Source: a bacterium (GTDB taxonomy: Bacteria > JAMCPX01). From it: a stretch of DNA of 64,000 nt. Both the position numbers and the translations under genes were made by a program. Below, one piece after another: positions 9,516-18,823 of the stretch (positions are counted from its first letter, which is position 1; the number at the start of each line of letters is the position of its first letter). The notes beneath the pieces are model-generated. The model searched no databases, was not told the DNA's origin, and worked only from the letters and a program-made list of their open reading frames with translations. The stretch lies in NCBI GenBank assembly GCA_021792615.1, contig JAJYUJ010000011.1:2179-66178 (forward strand), written 5' to 3'.

Positions 9516-10990
9516 GGCCGGATAATCCCTTCAAAATCATAACACTTGTAGATATAAAATGTCCGTGCATAATGCCCGTAACGGTAAATTTTGAGAGGCG
9601 GCAATTCCTCCCATTTCTTGCATTTGAAATGCTTATAGGGATCTATCCTGAAGCTGTTGTCGTTGATATAAACCGCATTCCATCCGTCAAGCGCGGATGT
9701 TACATTATAGCCCCAGTCGTGATAAGAATCGCCTGTTGTATTCGATGTATAAACCTGCGGCTGCCCCGGCGCATTGAAAGCGAGCTGGCTCGAGAGTTGG
9801 TATTTGTGTGTAAAGAGAAACGTCGGCCTGTTTTTTGAAAGTTCTTGATAGGCAGCTTCGACCTCCTTACCTGCGGTATGCCAGCCGTACAGATCGTTGG
9901 TAAGGTCCGTGTCCACAGGTCTGAGAGGTATCAAAGGATAATACAACTGAACATGGATGATTATGGTAAAGAGAAGTGCCAGTGCCCATCCTATCCAGAG
10001 GTATTTTCTGAACCAGTTTTTATTCAACATCCCGTACGATAACTCCACGGACAGGATCACCCCCGGTATATATCCCATCAATGCCCAGTTCGGCTTGGAA
10101 TCAACAATAAAGCTTACAGCAAAAAAGAAGACTATGATGGGGGCTGCGAAAGCGGACAGGAACAGGTACCCTTTGTTTTGAGTCTTCCTCTTAAACCCGT
10201 AGTATATTGCGTAGATAATGAGAAAGAACACAAGTGGAGAAATGAGCCCGACCTGAGAGCCCAGAAATGTAATAAATTTAACTATGCTGATATGGAAATT
10301 CGGGTTACGGGATACCAGCTCAAAGCCGAGTGATTCGAAGTGGTGCTGGATATTCCAGACAATGACGGGCGAAAAGATGAGCAAGGCAATAACTGTTGCG
10401 ATATAAGGCCGTGCATCCTTGAACCATTTCCTGTCCTCTTTCGAAACAATCATAAAAAGCAAGGCAGAAATAGGAATGAAAATGGAGTGGTACTTGCTGA
10501 GCATATCAAGTCCAAGTGCTATGCCAGCAGCGTACCAGTATTGTCCTTTACCATCCAGAAACACCTTCATAAGAAAGTACAGGGTCAATAGCCAGAAGAA
10601 GCCGAGCGGCGCATCCGGGAGCATCATCAGACCGCCTATCGCATAGGCAGGTATGATGTTCAGGGCAAGCACCGAAAGGAAAGCCTTCATTTTGTCTTGC
10701 AGTATTTTACCTGCGATAAGCCAAACCAGAATAGAATCACCTATCGAATACAGGAATGCAGACATTCTGACGGCATAAGCAGTACTGCCAAACAGTTGCA
10801 TCATGAGATAATTCGACCATGCAACGAGAGGAGGATGTTCGTAATAGCTCAGGGACAGGTGGCGTGCATACTGCCAATAATAGGCTTCGTCATCGCTTAA
10901 GTTCAGGGTAAAGATAAACACGAGTCTGATGCAGACGAGCAGTATGATCGTCAATAAAAACAATAAGGTAGCTTTTTTATTTTTATCCAT
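9512..10990 (-). CDS. GT39 / ArnT-PMT family GT-C glycosyltransferase (polytopic membrane protein)
   Basis: N-terminal loop motif DDEAYYWQYARHL...YYEHPPLVAW, followed by many hydrophobic helices. Confidence 0.75.
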   Translation of the reverse strand: MDKNKKATLLFLLTIILLVCIRLVFIFTLNLSDDEAYYWQYARHLSLSYYEHPPLVAWSNYLMMQLFGSTAYAVRMSAFLYSIGDSILVWLIAGKILQDKMKAFLSVLALNIIPAYAIGGLMMLPDAPLGFFWLLTLYFLMKVFLDGKGQYWYAAGIALGLDMLSKYHSIFIPISALLFMIVSKEDRKWFKDARPYIATVIALLIFSPVIVWNIQHHFESLGFELVSRNPNFHISIVKFITFLGSQVGLISPLVFFLIIYAIYYGFKRKTQNKGYLFLSAFAAPIIVFFFAVSFIVDSKPNWALMGYIPGVILSVELSYGMLNKNWFRKYLWIGWALALLFTIIIHVQLYYPLIPLRPVDTDLTNDLYGWHTAGKEVEAAYQELSKNRPTFLFTHKYQLSSQLAFNAPGQPQVYTSNTTGDSYHDWGYNVTSALDGWNAVYINDNSFRIDPYKHFKCKKWEELPPLKIYRYGHYARTFYIYKCYDFEGIIRP

Positions 10991-11056
10991 AATTGATTAT
11001 TATATGCCTTGTTTGAATGATAGGTCAATATAATCGCAAGTACATGAAGACCCTGA

Positions 11057-12700
11057 TTAACGTTTTTGCCTGCTTATGGTACCGATGGACAACGGAGTCA
11101 AAGAGGTATTCCTGTCCCATTTCAGAATAAAAGACATATCCATCCTTGACGTAGGATAGAACGGCAGGGTGTTAATCACGTCGATATCGTATCCCATTCC
11201 CTCAAGTTTTTTGATCTGATTGTTCGTTGTAATAAAGAATGACGGGTTCTGGGTTTTCAAATATTGATCGACTTCTTGTGCAGTATCAACCTTTCTGACG
11301 GGCATCCTGCTGTAATAATTCAGTGTCCCGCGCTCACCATACTGATAAGAAAGTATTACGGATTTCTTGCCTCCTGCGAGTTCCCGTATTTGTTTTCCAA
11401 AGATCTGGAACGGCTGGTATTTTAAGACGGCAGGATACAAATATCCACCGAAGAGCACATCGAACGTTACCATGGAGATTACAGAAAGGACGATGACCTT
11501 TTTAACCTTCTGTATCCCTGTGAATAAAACAATAAGGACAACGAACAGTCCCGCACCAAGCACGAGCCATGGAAGAAGCGTTTCCGGCGGGAAAGATAGT
11601 ATGAACAGGATTGCTAAAAACAGCAGAGGTAAAAATACAATAACATATTGGACGGAGAATATGGTATTCTCATGTTTTGATAACCCCTTATCGAGTTTTT
11701 CATCAAGCCACCGTCCGGTCAGTAGTGCAGCCGGCGGCAGGATCCAGAAGATATACTGCGGCAGCTTGCTGATTGCCAGGGAAAGTATGACAAACGGCAG
11801 AATCCACCACCACAAGGTAAAAACCTCTCCATCATCGGGTCTCGTCTTATTTCTCCAGTTGATAAACCGCTGGACAAGGATGGTAATAAAGAAAAGCGTC
11901 CATGGTAAAAATGCCCAAGCAAAGGTATGAATATAGAATAGGTCATCGCCACCGTAGTTGAATTGTTTTGCATAAAACCTGCCGAAACTCTGCTTGAACA
12001 GCATAAAGTATGCAGAGTAGTCCCCCCTTCTCAAAGCAACCGCTGTATACCACGGGAGGATAAGGGCTGCGGTAAGAAGCAACCCTCTGACAGGTTTCAG
12101 CCTCTTTATCAATGAACTGTCTTTTTTCCAAAAGGCATACGCACCGAAGGCAAGCGCAGGAATACCTATGCTGATGGGACCTTTCGTCAGAAAGGCAAAC
12201 GCCATGACTGCATATCCGGGCCAGAGGTATCTTGGATCGGACAATCCGCGGTAGAGCAAGGCGACGCTCAATGTCATGAAGCCGATAAGCACCATATCGA
12301 TCTTCGGATCCTGGATCATGAGTCTTGATGCAGCAGAAGAGGCCATTATCAATGCCGAAAGCAAGCCTGCTTGTTTGTTCCAGAGCATGGTCCCAAGCCA
12401 GTAAACAGAAAGTATTGCTGCGAGCGCCATCACGAGTGAAGGGATTCTTACGGCGTAATTCTTTATCCCGAATATTTTATAACAAGCCGCTATAAGCCAC
12501 ATGGTTACCGGAGGTTTGTCGAGATATTGCCGATAGTTGTCGTGAAGATATATATAGTCGTGGGATTCGACCATCTCCCGGGAAACCTCTGCGTATGTGG
12601 CCGGATCCACCTCCTGTATATATGCATTGATGCCGGTAAAATAACCGGCCACCAAAAATGCTATCAAAACGATTATCCATGCATAATTGTTTTTTCCCAT
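11057..12700 (-). CDS. Second GT39 / ArnT-like GT-C glycosyltransferase
   Basis: VDPATYAEVSREM...YLDKPPVTMWL first-loop motif and more than 10 hydrophobic helices. Paralogous in architecture to the preceding gene. Confidence 0.72.
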   Translation of the reverse strand: MGKNNYAWIIVLIAFLVAGYFTGINAYIQEVDPATYAEVSREMVESHDYIYLHDNYRQYLDKPPVTMWLIAACYKIFGIKNYAVRIPSLVMALAAILSVYWLGTMLWNKQAGLLSALIMASSAASRLMIQDPKIDMVLIGFMTLSVALLYRGLSDPRYLWPGYAVMAFAFLTKGPISIGIPALAFGAYAFWKKDSSLIKRLKPVRGLLLTAALILPWYTAVALRRGDYSAYFMLFKQSFGRFYAKQFNYGGDDLFYIHTFAWAFLPWTLFFITILVQRFINWRNKTRPDDGEVFTLWWWILPFVILSLAISKLPQYIFWILPPAALLTGRWLDEKLDKGLSKHENTIFSVQYVIVFLPLLFLAILFILSFPPETLLPWLVLGAGLFVVLIVLFTGIQKVKKVIVLSVISMVTFDVLFGGYLYPAVLKYQPFQIFGKQIRELAGGKKSVILSYQYGERGTLNYYSRMPVRKVDTAQEVDQYLKTQNPSFFITTNNQIKKLEGMGYDIDVINTLPFYPTSRMDMSFILKWDRNTSLTPLSIGTISRQKR

Positions 12701-12783
12701 GAACCCGGTGATACCCTAAAACAGGCTATCTGTAAACAGGTTGTTTTACCAGCTGAGGAGAAAACTCATACCTTGAAAAGGCC

Positions 12784-14169
12784 CTACACCGTCAGAAGAG
12801 ACTGAAGTGCGGTCTTTAACTCGCCGAGCGTTCTTACCACAAACAGTTCGTCCGTATAATTGCTGTACAGGTTCATCTCGCTATCACCGGTAAACCATGA
12901 ATACCGTTCATCCGGCGTAAACCAGAGTATGTCTTTTACCCTTTTCTTCAGCAATTCGAGTTCTTCGTCACCGGGATACTGATAATTTGTCCTGCCGTCG
13001 CCGATGATGAGCAATCGTGTTTTTGAAGTGAGTAAGCCAAGATACCTGCCGGTAAACTGCCGGAACACATTGCCGTAATCGGTGTATGTTCTTGCCTCGC
13101 GGTAATCCGAGAATATCCTGTCTACAAGTTCATCCGCCGGTTTTGTTCTGACAAGCTGGGTAACGTCTTCGATACCGGACACGAATACAAAGACTTTCAG
13201 CTTTTTGAATGTATCCTTGACAACCGATATGAATTGCATAAAAAACCGTGCGTAATTACGCATCGAACCCGATATATCGCACAGCACTATCAGAGGAGAC
13301 TCCAGTTTTTTGATCTTGCCGTAGCCAAGCTGGATAAGCATATCCCTGCCGGCATTGAGCCTGAAGGTCTGCCGTATCGAAATATCCTTCGTAGTAATAC
13401 CGTACTGTCTCCTTTTGATATCGTCCCGGAGATGAAGGGCCATGCGCCTGATTATCTGATTGATTGTTTCAATATCTTTTTTCGATAAAAAAGACAGCGG
13501 TATGTTCCATAATTCCTTTTCTCCGGACTTCGGCTCATTGCCGTGAAGCAACGCCGTCACTCCGGTAACCTTCGAAGCATGGAGGATAAACTCGGATATA
13601 TTCCGCCGAATAAAGGTCAGCATATTTTCTATGGCTGATGTGATACCGGCAATGTCTTCCGGACACCACCCCGCAAGTTCGAGCGCCTTGCCGAGGACAA
13701 CGAGTTCCTTCTCGGGCCTGTCGAGCTCAAGTGCTTCGGCAAGAAGCATGTAACCCGAGTTCTCCATCCTCTCCTGATAACGGTCATGAAGTTCCAGATA
13801 GAGCTCCTGCAGGCGTTTATAAAATAGTTCGGGATGAGCAACCCAATCCAATATTTTTGCAATGGTCGGTGCGGATTCCCGAAGGATTAACGGATCGATA
13901 TGCTTTATTCCCATAGAATCACCGAAGTGTTCCCAATCCTCAGAGGTATTGAGGAGGAAATCGATGATCTGAAGGAGCAGGAGATGCTGCTCTTTATTTC
14001 TCGCCATGATGGGAACAATGATCCTCTTCAGGGTCTCATAGGTTTTTGGTTTTGCCTGTTCGATGCTATAGACGGTTTGTGCAAATTCAACAGGCGACAC
14101 CGGCATGCCGAGTCCCGAGAGAAAATTGTAAATCTTTGTGGTAAACTTTATTGATTCTTTGACTTCCAT
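12784..14169 (-). CDS. VWA domain protein, CoxE-like, with ~250-aa unassigned N-terminal region
   Basis: C-terminal VWA with MIDAS motif LCDISGSM and LLIIGDGRTN. Start overlaps the stop of the MoxR ATPase gene by 22 nt. Confidence 0.75.
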   Translation of the reverse strand: MEVKESIKFTTKIYNFLSGLGMPVSPVEFAQTVYSIEQAKPKTYETLKRIIVPIMARNKEQHLLLLQIIDFLLNTSEDWEHFGDSMGIKHIDPLILRESAPTIAKILDWVAHPELFYKRLQELYLELHDRYQERMENSGYMLLAEALELDRPEKELVVLGKALELAGWCPEDIAGITSAIENMLTFIRRNISEFILHASKVTGVTALLHGNEPKSGEKELWNIPLSFLSKKDIETINQIIRRMALHLRDDIKRRQYGITTKDISIRQTFRLNAGRDMLIQLGYGKIKKLESPLIVLCDISGSMRNYARFFMQFISVVKDTFKKLKVFVFVSGIEDVTQLVRTKPADELVDRIFSDYREARTYTDYGNVFRQFTGRYLGLLTSKTRLLIIGDGRTNYQYPGDEELELLKKRVKDILWFTPDERYSWFTGDSEMNLYSNYTDELFVVRTLGELKTALQSLLTV

Positions 14170-15068
14170 AACGCGTTGAATGCCTTCTTTTGATCCGCGC
14201 TGTCCTTGAGCAGGCTGCCGAGCGAAGAGAGAGACACCTCACTCTTTCCCAGACCCGCCGAAGCCATGGATACAGACCAGTCGATGATCTCGGAAAGGCT
14301 GGGCGGCCTCTTTAAATCCTGTGCGTTGATGAGAGAGAGCATGCCGTTAATCGTACCGAGAAAGTCCTCAGGCACGATTCCCTGAAGCTTCGCCTTTATT
14401 ATCTCCATCTGCCTCGCACTGTCCGGCATATTCATGTAAAGGTATATACACCTGCGTCTGAGTTCGTCGGAAAGTTCCCGTGCGTTGTTGCTCGTCAGAA
14501 GAACGAAGGGGATGGACTTCGCTTTTATGGTTCCTATCTCGGGAATAGTGATCTGATAATCGCTCAGCACTTCGAGCAAAAGTGCCTCGAACGACGGTTC
14601 GGACTTATCGACCTCGTCGATGAGAAGGACAACGGGGTCCGGTGACGATATTGCCCGGAGCAACGGGCGCTTGATCAGGAATTCTTCCGAAAAAAAAGTG
14701 CTGTTGAACTTTTTCAATTTATCCATCGCAGGGGAAAGCCCCGTGGTACCTTTTAAGATGTCGTCGATTTTGTCTTTCAGAAGCTGGGCATAGAGGAGCT
14801 GCTTCGAATATTCCCACTCATAGATTGCCTTCGTATCATCGATGCCTTCGTAACACTGAAGCCGAATCAGTTCGAGATCGAGCGACTTCGCAATGGCCTT
14901 TGCAAGCTCTGTTTTTCCGACGCCAGGCTGCCCTTCCACAAGCAATGGCTTTGATAGCAGGGATGCAATATAGACCGCGGTCGATATGTCCTCGCTGGAT
15001 ATGTAACCAGCTTTGCGCAGGAGGTCTGTAATCTCTTCCTGTGATTTAAACTGCTTTATCTTTTTCAT
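14148..15068 (-). CDS. MoxR/CoxD-like AAA+ ATPase
   Basis: Walker A GQPGVGKTELAK and Walker B VLLIDEVDK. Paired with the downstream VWA gene. Confidence 0.85.
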   Translation of the reverse strand: MKKIKQFKSQEEITDLLRKAGYISSEDISTAVYIASLLSKPLLVEGQPGVGKTELAKAIAKSLDLELIRLQCYEGIDDTKAIYEWEYSKQLLYAQLLKDKIDDILKGTTGLSPAMDKLKKFNSTFFSEEFLIKRPLLRAISSPDPVVLLIDEVDKSEPSFEALLLEVLSDYQITIPEIGTIKAKSIPFVLLTSNNARELSDELRRRCIYLYMNMPDSARQMEIIKAKLQGIVPEDFLGTINGMLSLINAQDLKRPPSLSEIIDWSVSMASAGLGKSEVSLSSLGSLLKDSADQKKAFNALWKSKNQ

Positions 15069-15756
15069 AAACCACCTTTATCTGTTTTTTTGTTTTTGCA
15101 TCCGGTTCTCTGAGATACCGGGGTATAAAGGTTGCCGCAGACACCGGTTTTGTGTCATACAGCTTTCCATGGGCAATACGAACAAGGGCCCCGCCCATCT
15201 GCAGGACATCAAGTTTTTGCAGGTCTATGCCCTCCGTATATATTTTATTCAACATACCTTCATACTGATCAACGCCCCATCCGACTATACGGGCGTGACC
15301 CTGTCTATGGTATCCGCCTTCCCCGGCTTTCAGGACCATTTCAGATACCGTTTTTTTCAATACACCGCTGCGGCACGTATACTCCGCAAAATACAGATTG
15401 CTGTTTTTCCCGTCTATCGCAGCGGCAAGAATACCATCTGCCTTCTGCACGGTGTGCACCATCGCATCGAGGGTTGATACGGGCACAAGCGGTATATCAA
15501 GTGCCATGCCCAATCCCTTGGCAAGGCTTAACCCTGTCCTCAAGCCGGTAAAGGTGCCCGGGCCTGCTGCTACGATAATTTCATCGAGCTGCTCTTTTTT
15601 ATGACCTGTAGATTCGAGCAGATTCTTAATCGCCGGGACGGCAAGGCTTGTTACGGTAGATGGTTTTTCCATAACAACGTACGAGAGCAGCTCTGCATCA
15701 TGCGCAACACCTATACCAAGGTACCCCAGTGCGGTGTCTATGACGAGTCCGAGCAT
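15046..15756 (-). CDS. tsaB: tRNA t6A37 threonylcarbamoyladenosine biosynthesis protein TsaB
   Basis: MLGLVIDTA start and GPGTFTGLRTGLSLAKGL motif (YeaZ family). Confidence 0.85.
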   Translation of the reverse strand: MLGLVIDTALGYLGIGVAHDAELLSYVVMEKPSTVTSLAVPAIKNLLESTGHKKEQLDEIIVAAGPGTFTGLRTGLSLAKGLGMALDIPLVPVSTLDAMVHTVQKADGILAAAIDGKNSNLYFAEYTCRSGVLKKTVSEMVLKAGEGGYHRQGHARIVGWGVDQYEGMLNKIYTEGIDLQKLDVLQMGGALVRIAHGKLYDTKPVSAATFIPRYLREPDAKTKKQIKVVYEKDKAV

Positions 15757-15758
15757 GG

Positions 15759-16835
15759 TTAATGATGCGAAATTATAATTCTGCTTATATCGTTGTAAAA
15801 AACAAATACGGTCAGCAGGATTATAAACAATACGCCGAGCTGTAATATAGCGACCTTGAGTTTCTTGTTGATAGGTTTTCTTATAGCAGCCTCAATGAGT
15901 GTAAACAGTACATTACCGCCATCCAGAACGGGAATAGGCAGAATATTGAGTACGGCAAAATTGATGCTGATAAGTGCCATGAAATACATGAGCGCTTCGA
16001 TGCCCCTTTTCGCCTGATGCGCAGCCTGCTGTGCTATCAGTATGGGCCCCCCGAGGTCTTTCGTAGGTATTTTTCCCTCGACGAGTTTAACCAGGGATAG
16101 TGCAACAAGGTACGATATACTCACGGATTCCTTTCCTGCGAGTGACACCGCTGCAACGGGATTGCTCTTTTTTACCTCATAATCACCCGCGGGCATGATT
16201 CCGATAATGGGGGTTTTTACCGGCTCGCCGAAAATATCCTTTTCTGTTTCCATTCTGGGTTTCACGTTCACCGTGAATTGCTTATTATCGCGCAGAATGG
16301 TAAGGACCATATTTTTATCGGCATTCCCAACGATGATCTTCTTCATCGAATCCCACTCGTTTACCTTTACGCCGTTGATCTGTACTATCGTATCTCCTTT
16401 TTGAATGCCCGCGGAATACGCAGGACTTCCCTGCTTAACTTCGCCTATCGTCGTCGTCATGTAGGGCACTCCGTGCATAAATACAATCCACAGCAGAAAT
16501 ACGGCAAATATCCAGTTTGAGAGTGGCCCGGCAACAAGAATCAGCAATTTTTTCCAATTTGCCTGAGTTGCATAGCTCCTTGCCTGGTCTTCCGGTGGAA
16601 TGGGGTCCTCCGTTTCATCGAGGTTCTCTCCCACCATTTTGACATATCCTCCCAGCGGGAGTACCGACAGACGGTACTCTGTTTCACCGAATTTCTTTTT
16701 GAGGATGGCAGGACCAAACCCGAGAGAAAATATCAGGACCTTGACCTTGAACAATTTTGCAAACGTAAAATGTCCAAGTTCATGCACAAATATAAGAATC
16801 GATATGACAACTACAGCGGAAATTACAGCTACCAC
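15759..16835 (-). CDS. rseP: RIP zinc metalloprotease RseP (M50, single PDZ)
   Basis: HELGHF motif, a PDZ segment (GSPAYSAGIQKGDTIV) and NILPIPVLDGG motif. Downstream of dxr. Confidence 0.88.
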   Translation of the reverse strand: MVAVISAVVVISILIFVHELGHFTFAKLFKVKVLIFSLGFGPAILKKKFGETEYRLSVLPLGGYVKMVGENLDETEDPIPPEDQARSYATQANWKKLLILVAGPLSNWIFAVFLLWIVFMHGVPYMTTTIGEVKQGSPAYSAGIQKGDTIVQINGVKVNEWDSMKKIIVGNADKNMVLTILRDNKQFTVNVKPRMETEKDIFGEPVKTPIIGIMPAGDYEVKKSNPVAAVSLAGKESVSISYLVALSLVKLVEGKIPTKDLGGPILIAQQAAHQAKRGIEALMYFMALISINFAVLNILPIPVLDGGNVLFTLIEAAIRKPINKKLKVAILQLGVLFIILLTVFVFYNDISRIIISHH

Positions 16836-17977
16836 AGTTTTTGTATCCTTTCATCAACGTATTTTTTTACCTCTCTGTCTATGACCATGATTTCATACAC
16901 AGAGCTGACAGGTTTATAATAATATCTATTGAGGGTATATTCAACAACATCTGCGATGTCCGTGAACGCGATCCTGTTCTCGAGAAATGCCTCAACCGCA
17001 CGATCATTTGCCGCATTCATGACAATCGCCGAATCATCTCCCTGCTTTAGAACGTCCATGGCAATTTTCAAACACTTGAATTTTTTCAAATCGGGCAGGA
17101 TAAAATTGAGGACCTTTATTTTTTTGAAATCGAGCTTTTTCATGCCGAGGTTAATTCTTTTTCTCGTATTCATGGCATACGCAATGGGAAGCCTCATGTC
17201 CGGAACCCCCATCTGTGCAAGAACTGCGCCATCCGCCAATTCTATCATGGAGTGTATGATACTCTCCGGATGGATGATGACATCGATCTGTCCGGGGTTG
17301 AGGTTGAACAGCCATCTCGCCTCTATCATCTCAAGACCCTTGTTCATCATTGTTGCCGAATCGATCGTTATTTTTTTCCCCATCTTCCATTTTGGATGCT
17401 TCAGTGCCTGCCGGGGGGTTATTGACTTCAAGTCCTTGATGTTTGTCCTTAAAAAAGGACCGCCGGAAGCCGTCAGGAGTATCTTTCTCAGCTCATCATA
17501 AGCAACACCGTGTAATAACTGATAAATTGCGCTGTGCTCGCTGTCTACCGGGATAAGCAAATCGTCGCTGCCCTTCATTTCCTTGATCTTTCTCCCTCCG
17601 GCAACCATAACCTCCTTGCTTGCAAGCGCTACCTTCTTCTTTTCTTTGAGAGCGAGATAGGTGGGCATAAGCGCATCAAGCCCGAGTATCGCCATGATGA
17701 TGAGGTCGACGCCCTCGAGCATGGCAAGGATATTCAGTCCTTCCTGACCCCAGAAAAACTTCGTCTTCGGGAATTCTTTCTTTAACATGACCGCTTCTTT
17801 CTCATCTATAACTGATGCATAGCGCGGTGAGAAAGAACGTATCTGTTTTTTGAAAAGATCTATGTTGCGGCCGGCGGCAAGAGCTTCAACACGAAACAGA
17901 TCCGGATATTTTTTTACGATGGAAAGTGTCGTTTTGCCGATACTTCCCGTTGATCCGAACAGAGCTATATTATTCAT
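16829..17977 (-). CDS. dxr: 1-deoxy-D-xylulose 5-phosphate reductoisomerase
   Basis: LFGSTGSIGKTTL NADPH loop, LASKE, PVDSEHSAI and HPESIIHSM motifs. Confidence 0.93.
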   Translation of the reverse strand: MNNIALFGSTGSIGKTTLSIVKKYPDLFRVEALAAGRNIDLFKKQIRSFSPRYASVIDEKEAVMLKKEFPKTKFFWGQEGLNILAMLEGVDLIIMAILGLDALMPTYLALKEKKKVALASKEVMVAGGRKIKEMKGSDDLLIPVDSEHSAIYQLLHGVAYDELRKILLTASGGPFLRTNIKDLKSITPRQALKHPKWKMGKKITIDSATMMNKGLEMIEARWLFNLNPGQIDVIIHPESIIHSMIELADGAVLAQMGVPDMRLPIAYAMNTRKRINLGMKKLDFKKIKVLNFILPDLKKFKCLKIAMDVLKQGDDSAIVMNAANDRAVEAFLENRIAFTDIADVVEYTLNRYYYKPVSSVYEIMVIDREVKKYVDERIQKLW

Positions 17978-18761
17978 TCAAAGAATGTCCGCGGGAACTG
18001 TCCTGCTGCGAAATGAGCTGATCGCCGGTCATCCCGAAACGCCGTTCTCTCTTCTGAAAGCTTATGATGGACTTCAGAAACTCTTCTTTCGTAAAATCAG
18101 GCCAGAGGGTTTTCGTGATGTAAAGCTCCGTGTATGCTATCTGCCACAGCATGAAGTTGCTTATTCTTTTCTCGGCGCTTGTCCTTATAAGGAGATCCGG
18201 ATCGGGGAGTCCTTTCGTAAACAAATAGCCGGCGAACACATCCTCGTTGACATCCTCAACGGCAATCTTTTTCCTCTGCACATCGTTTATGACAGCCTTA
18301 ACCGCTTCGACGATCTCATACCTTCCGCTGTAGCTCAGAGCGATAACAACCCTTGTGCCCGTATTATTTTTGGAACGGATGCGTACATCCGATATTAATT
18401 CCCGCAGTGTCGGTGAAAGGCTTTTCAGGTCCCCGATGATCGAAAGCCTGACCCCATTTTTTATCAAATTATTGCTTTCCACGAGGAGGTACCGGTGCAG
18501 TAATTGCATGAGTGCATCAACTTCTTCCCTCGGCCTGTTCCAGTTCTCTTTGGAAAAAGCATACAGGGAAAGGACGTCTATCCCTAAATTTGAGGCTGTC
18601 TCTACAATACTTTTTACTACCTTTGAGCCCTGTTCATGTCCTTTTACGCGCGCCAGATGCCTTTTTTTTGCCCACCTGCCGTTGCCATCCATGATGATGG
18701 CGACGTGGGCAGGCAAATTTTTTTTATCCACTTTTTTCAGCAGTTCGTTATAGGTTGACAT
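17970..18761 (-). CDS. uppS: Isoprenyl transferase (undecaprenyl-diphosphate synthase family)
   Basis: HVAIIMDGNGRWA, FSKENWNRP and RTSAEKRISNFMLWQ motifs. Confidence 0.92.
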   Translation of the reverse strand: MSTYNELLKKVDKKNLPAHVAIIMDGNGRWAKKRHLARVKGHEQGSKVVKSIVETASNLGIDVLSLYAFSKENWNRPREEVDALMQLLHRYLLVESNNLIKNGVRLSIIGDLKSLSPTLRELISDVRIRSKNNTGTRVVIALSYSGRYEIVEAVKAVINDVQRKKIAVEDVNEDVFAGYLFTKGLPDPDLLIRTSAEKRISNFMLWQIAYTELYITKTLWPDFTKEEFLKSIISFQKRERRFGMTGDQLISQQDSSRGHSLNE

Positions 18762-18823
18762 ACGATTAAATTAACACACAAGACCGTACAATTCAATAAT
18801 GTTTTTCCGATTCCGTCTGCGGT

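Noticed and set aside
12784-15068. MoxR/VWA pair as a phage-defence or novel immune module
   Set aside because: The architecture matches ordinary CoxD/CoxE-like chaperone pairs. No nuclease, protease, TIR, Sir2 or other effector domain is attached or adjacent.
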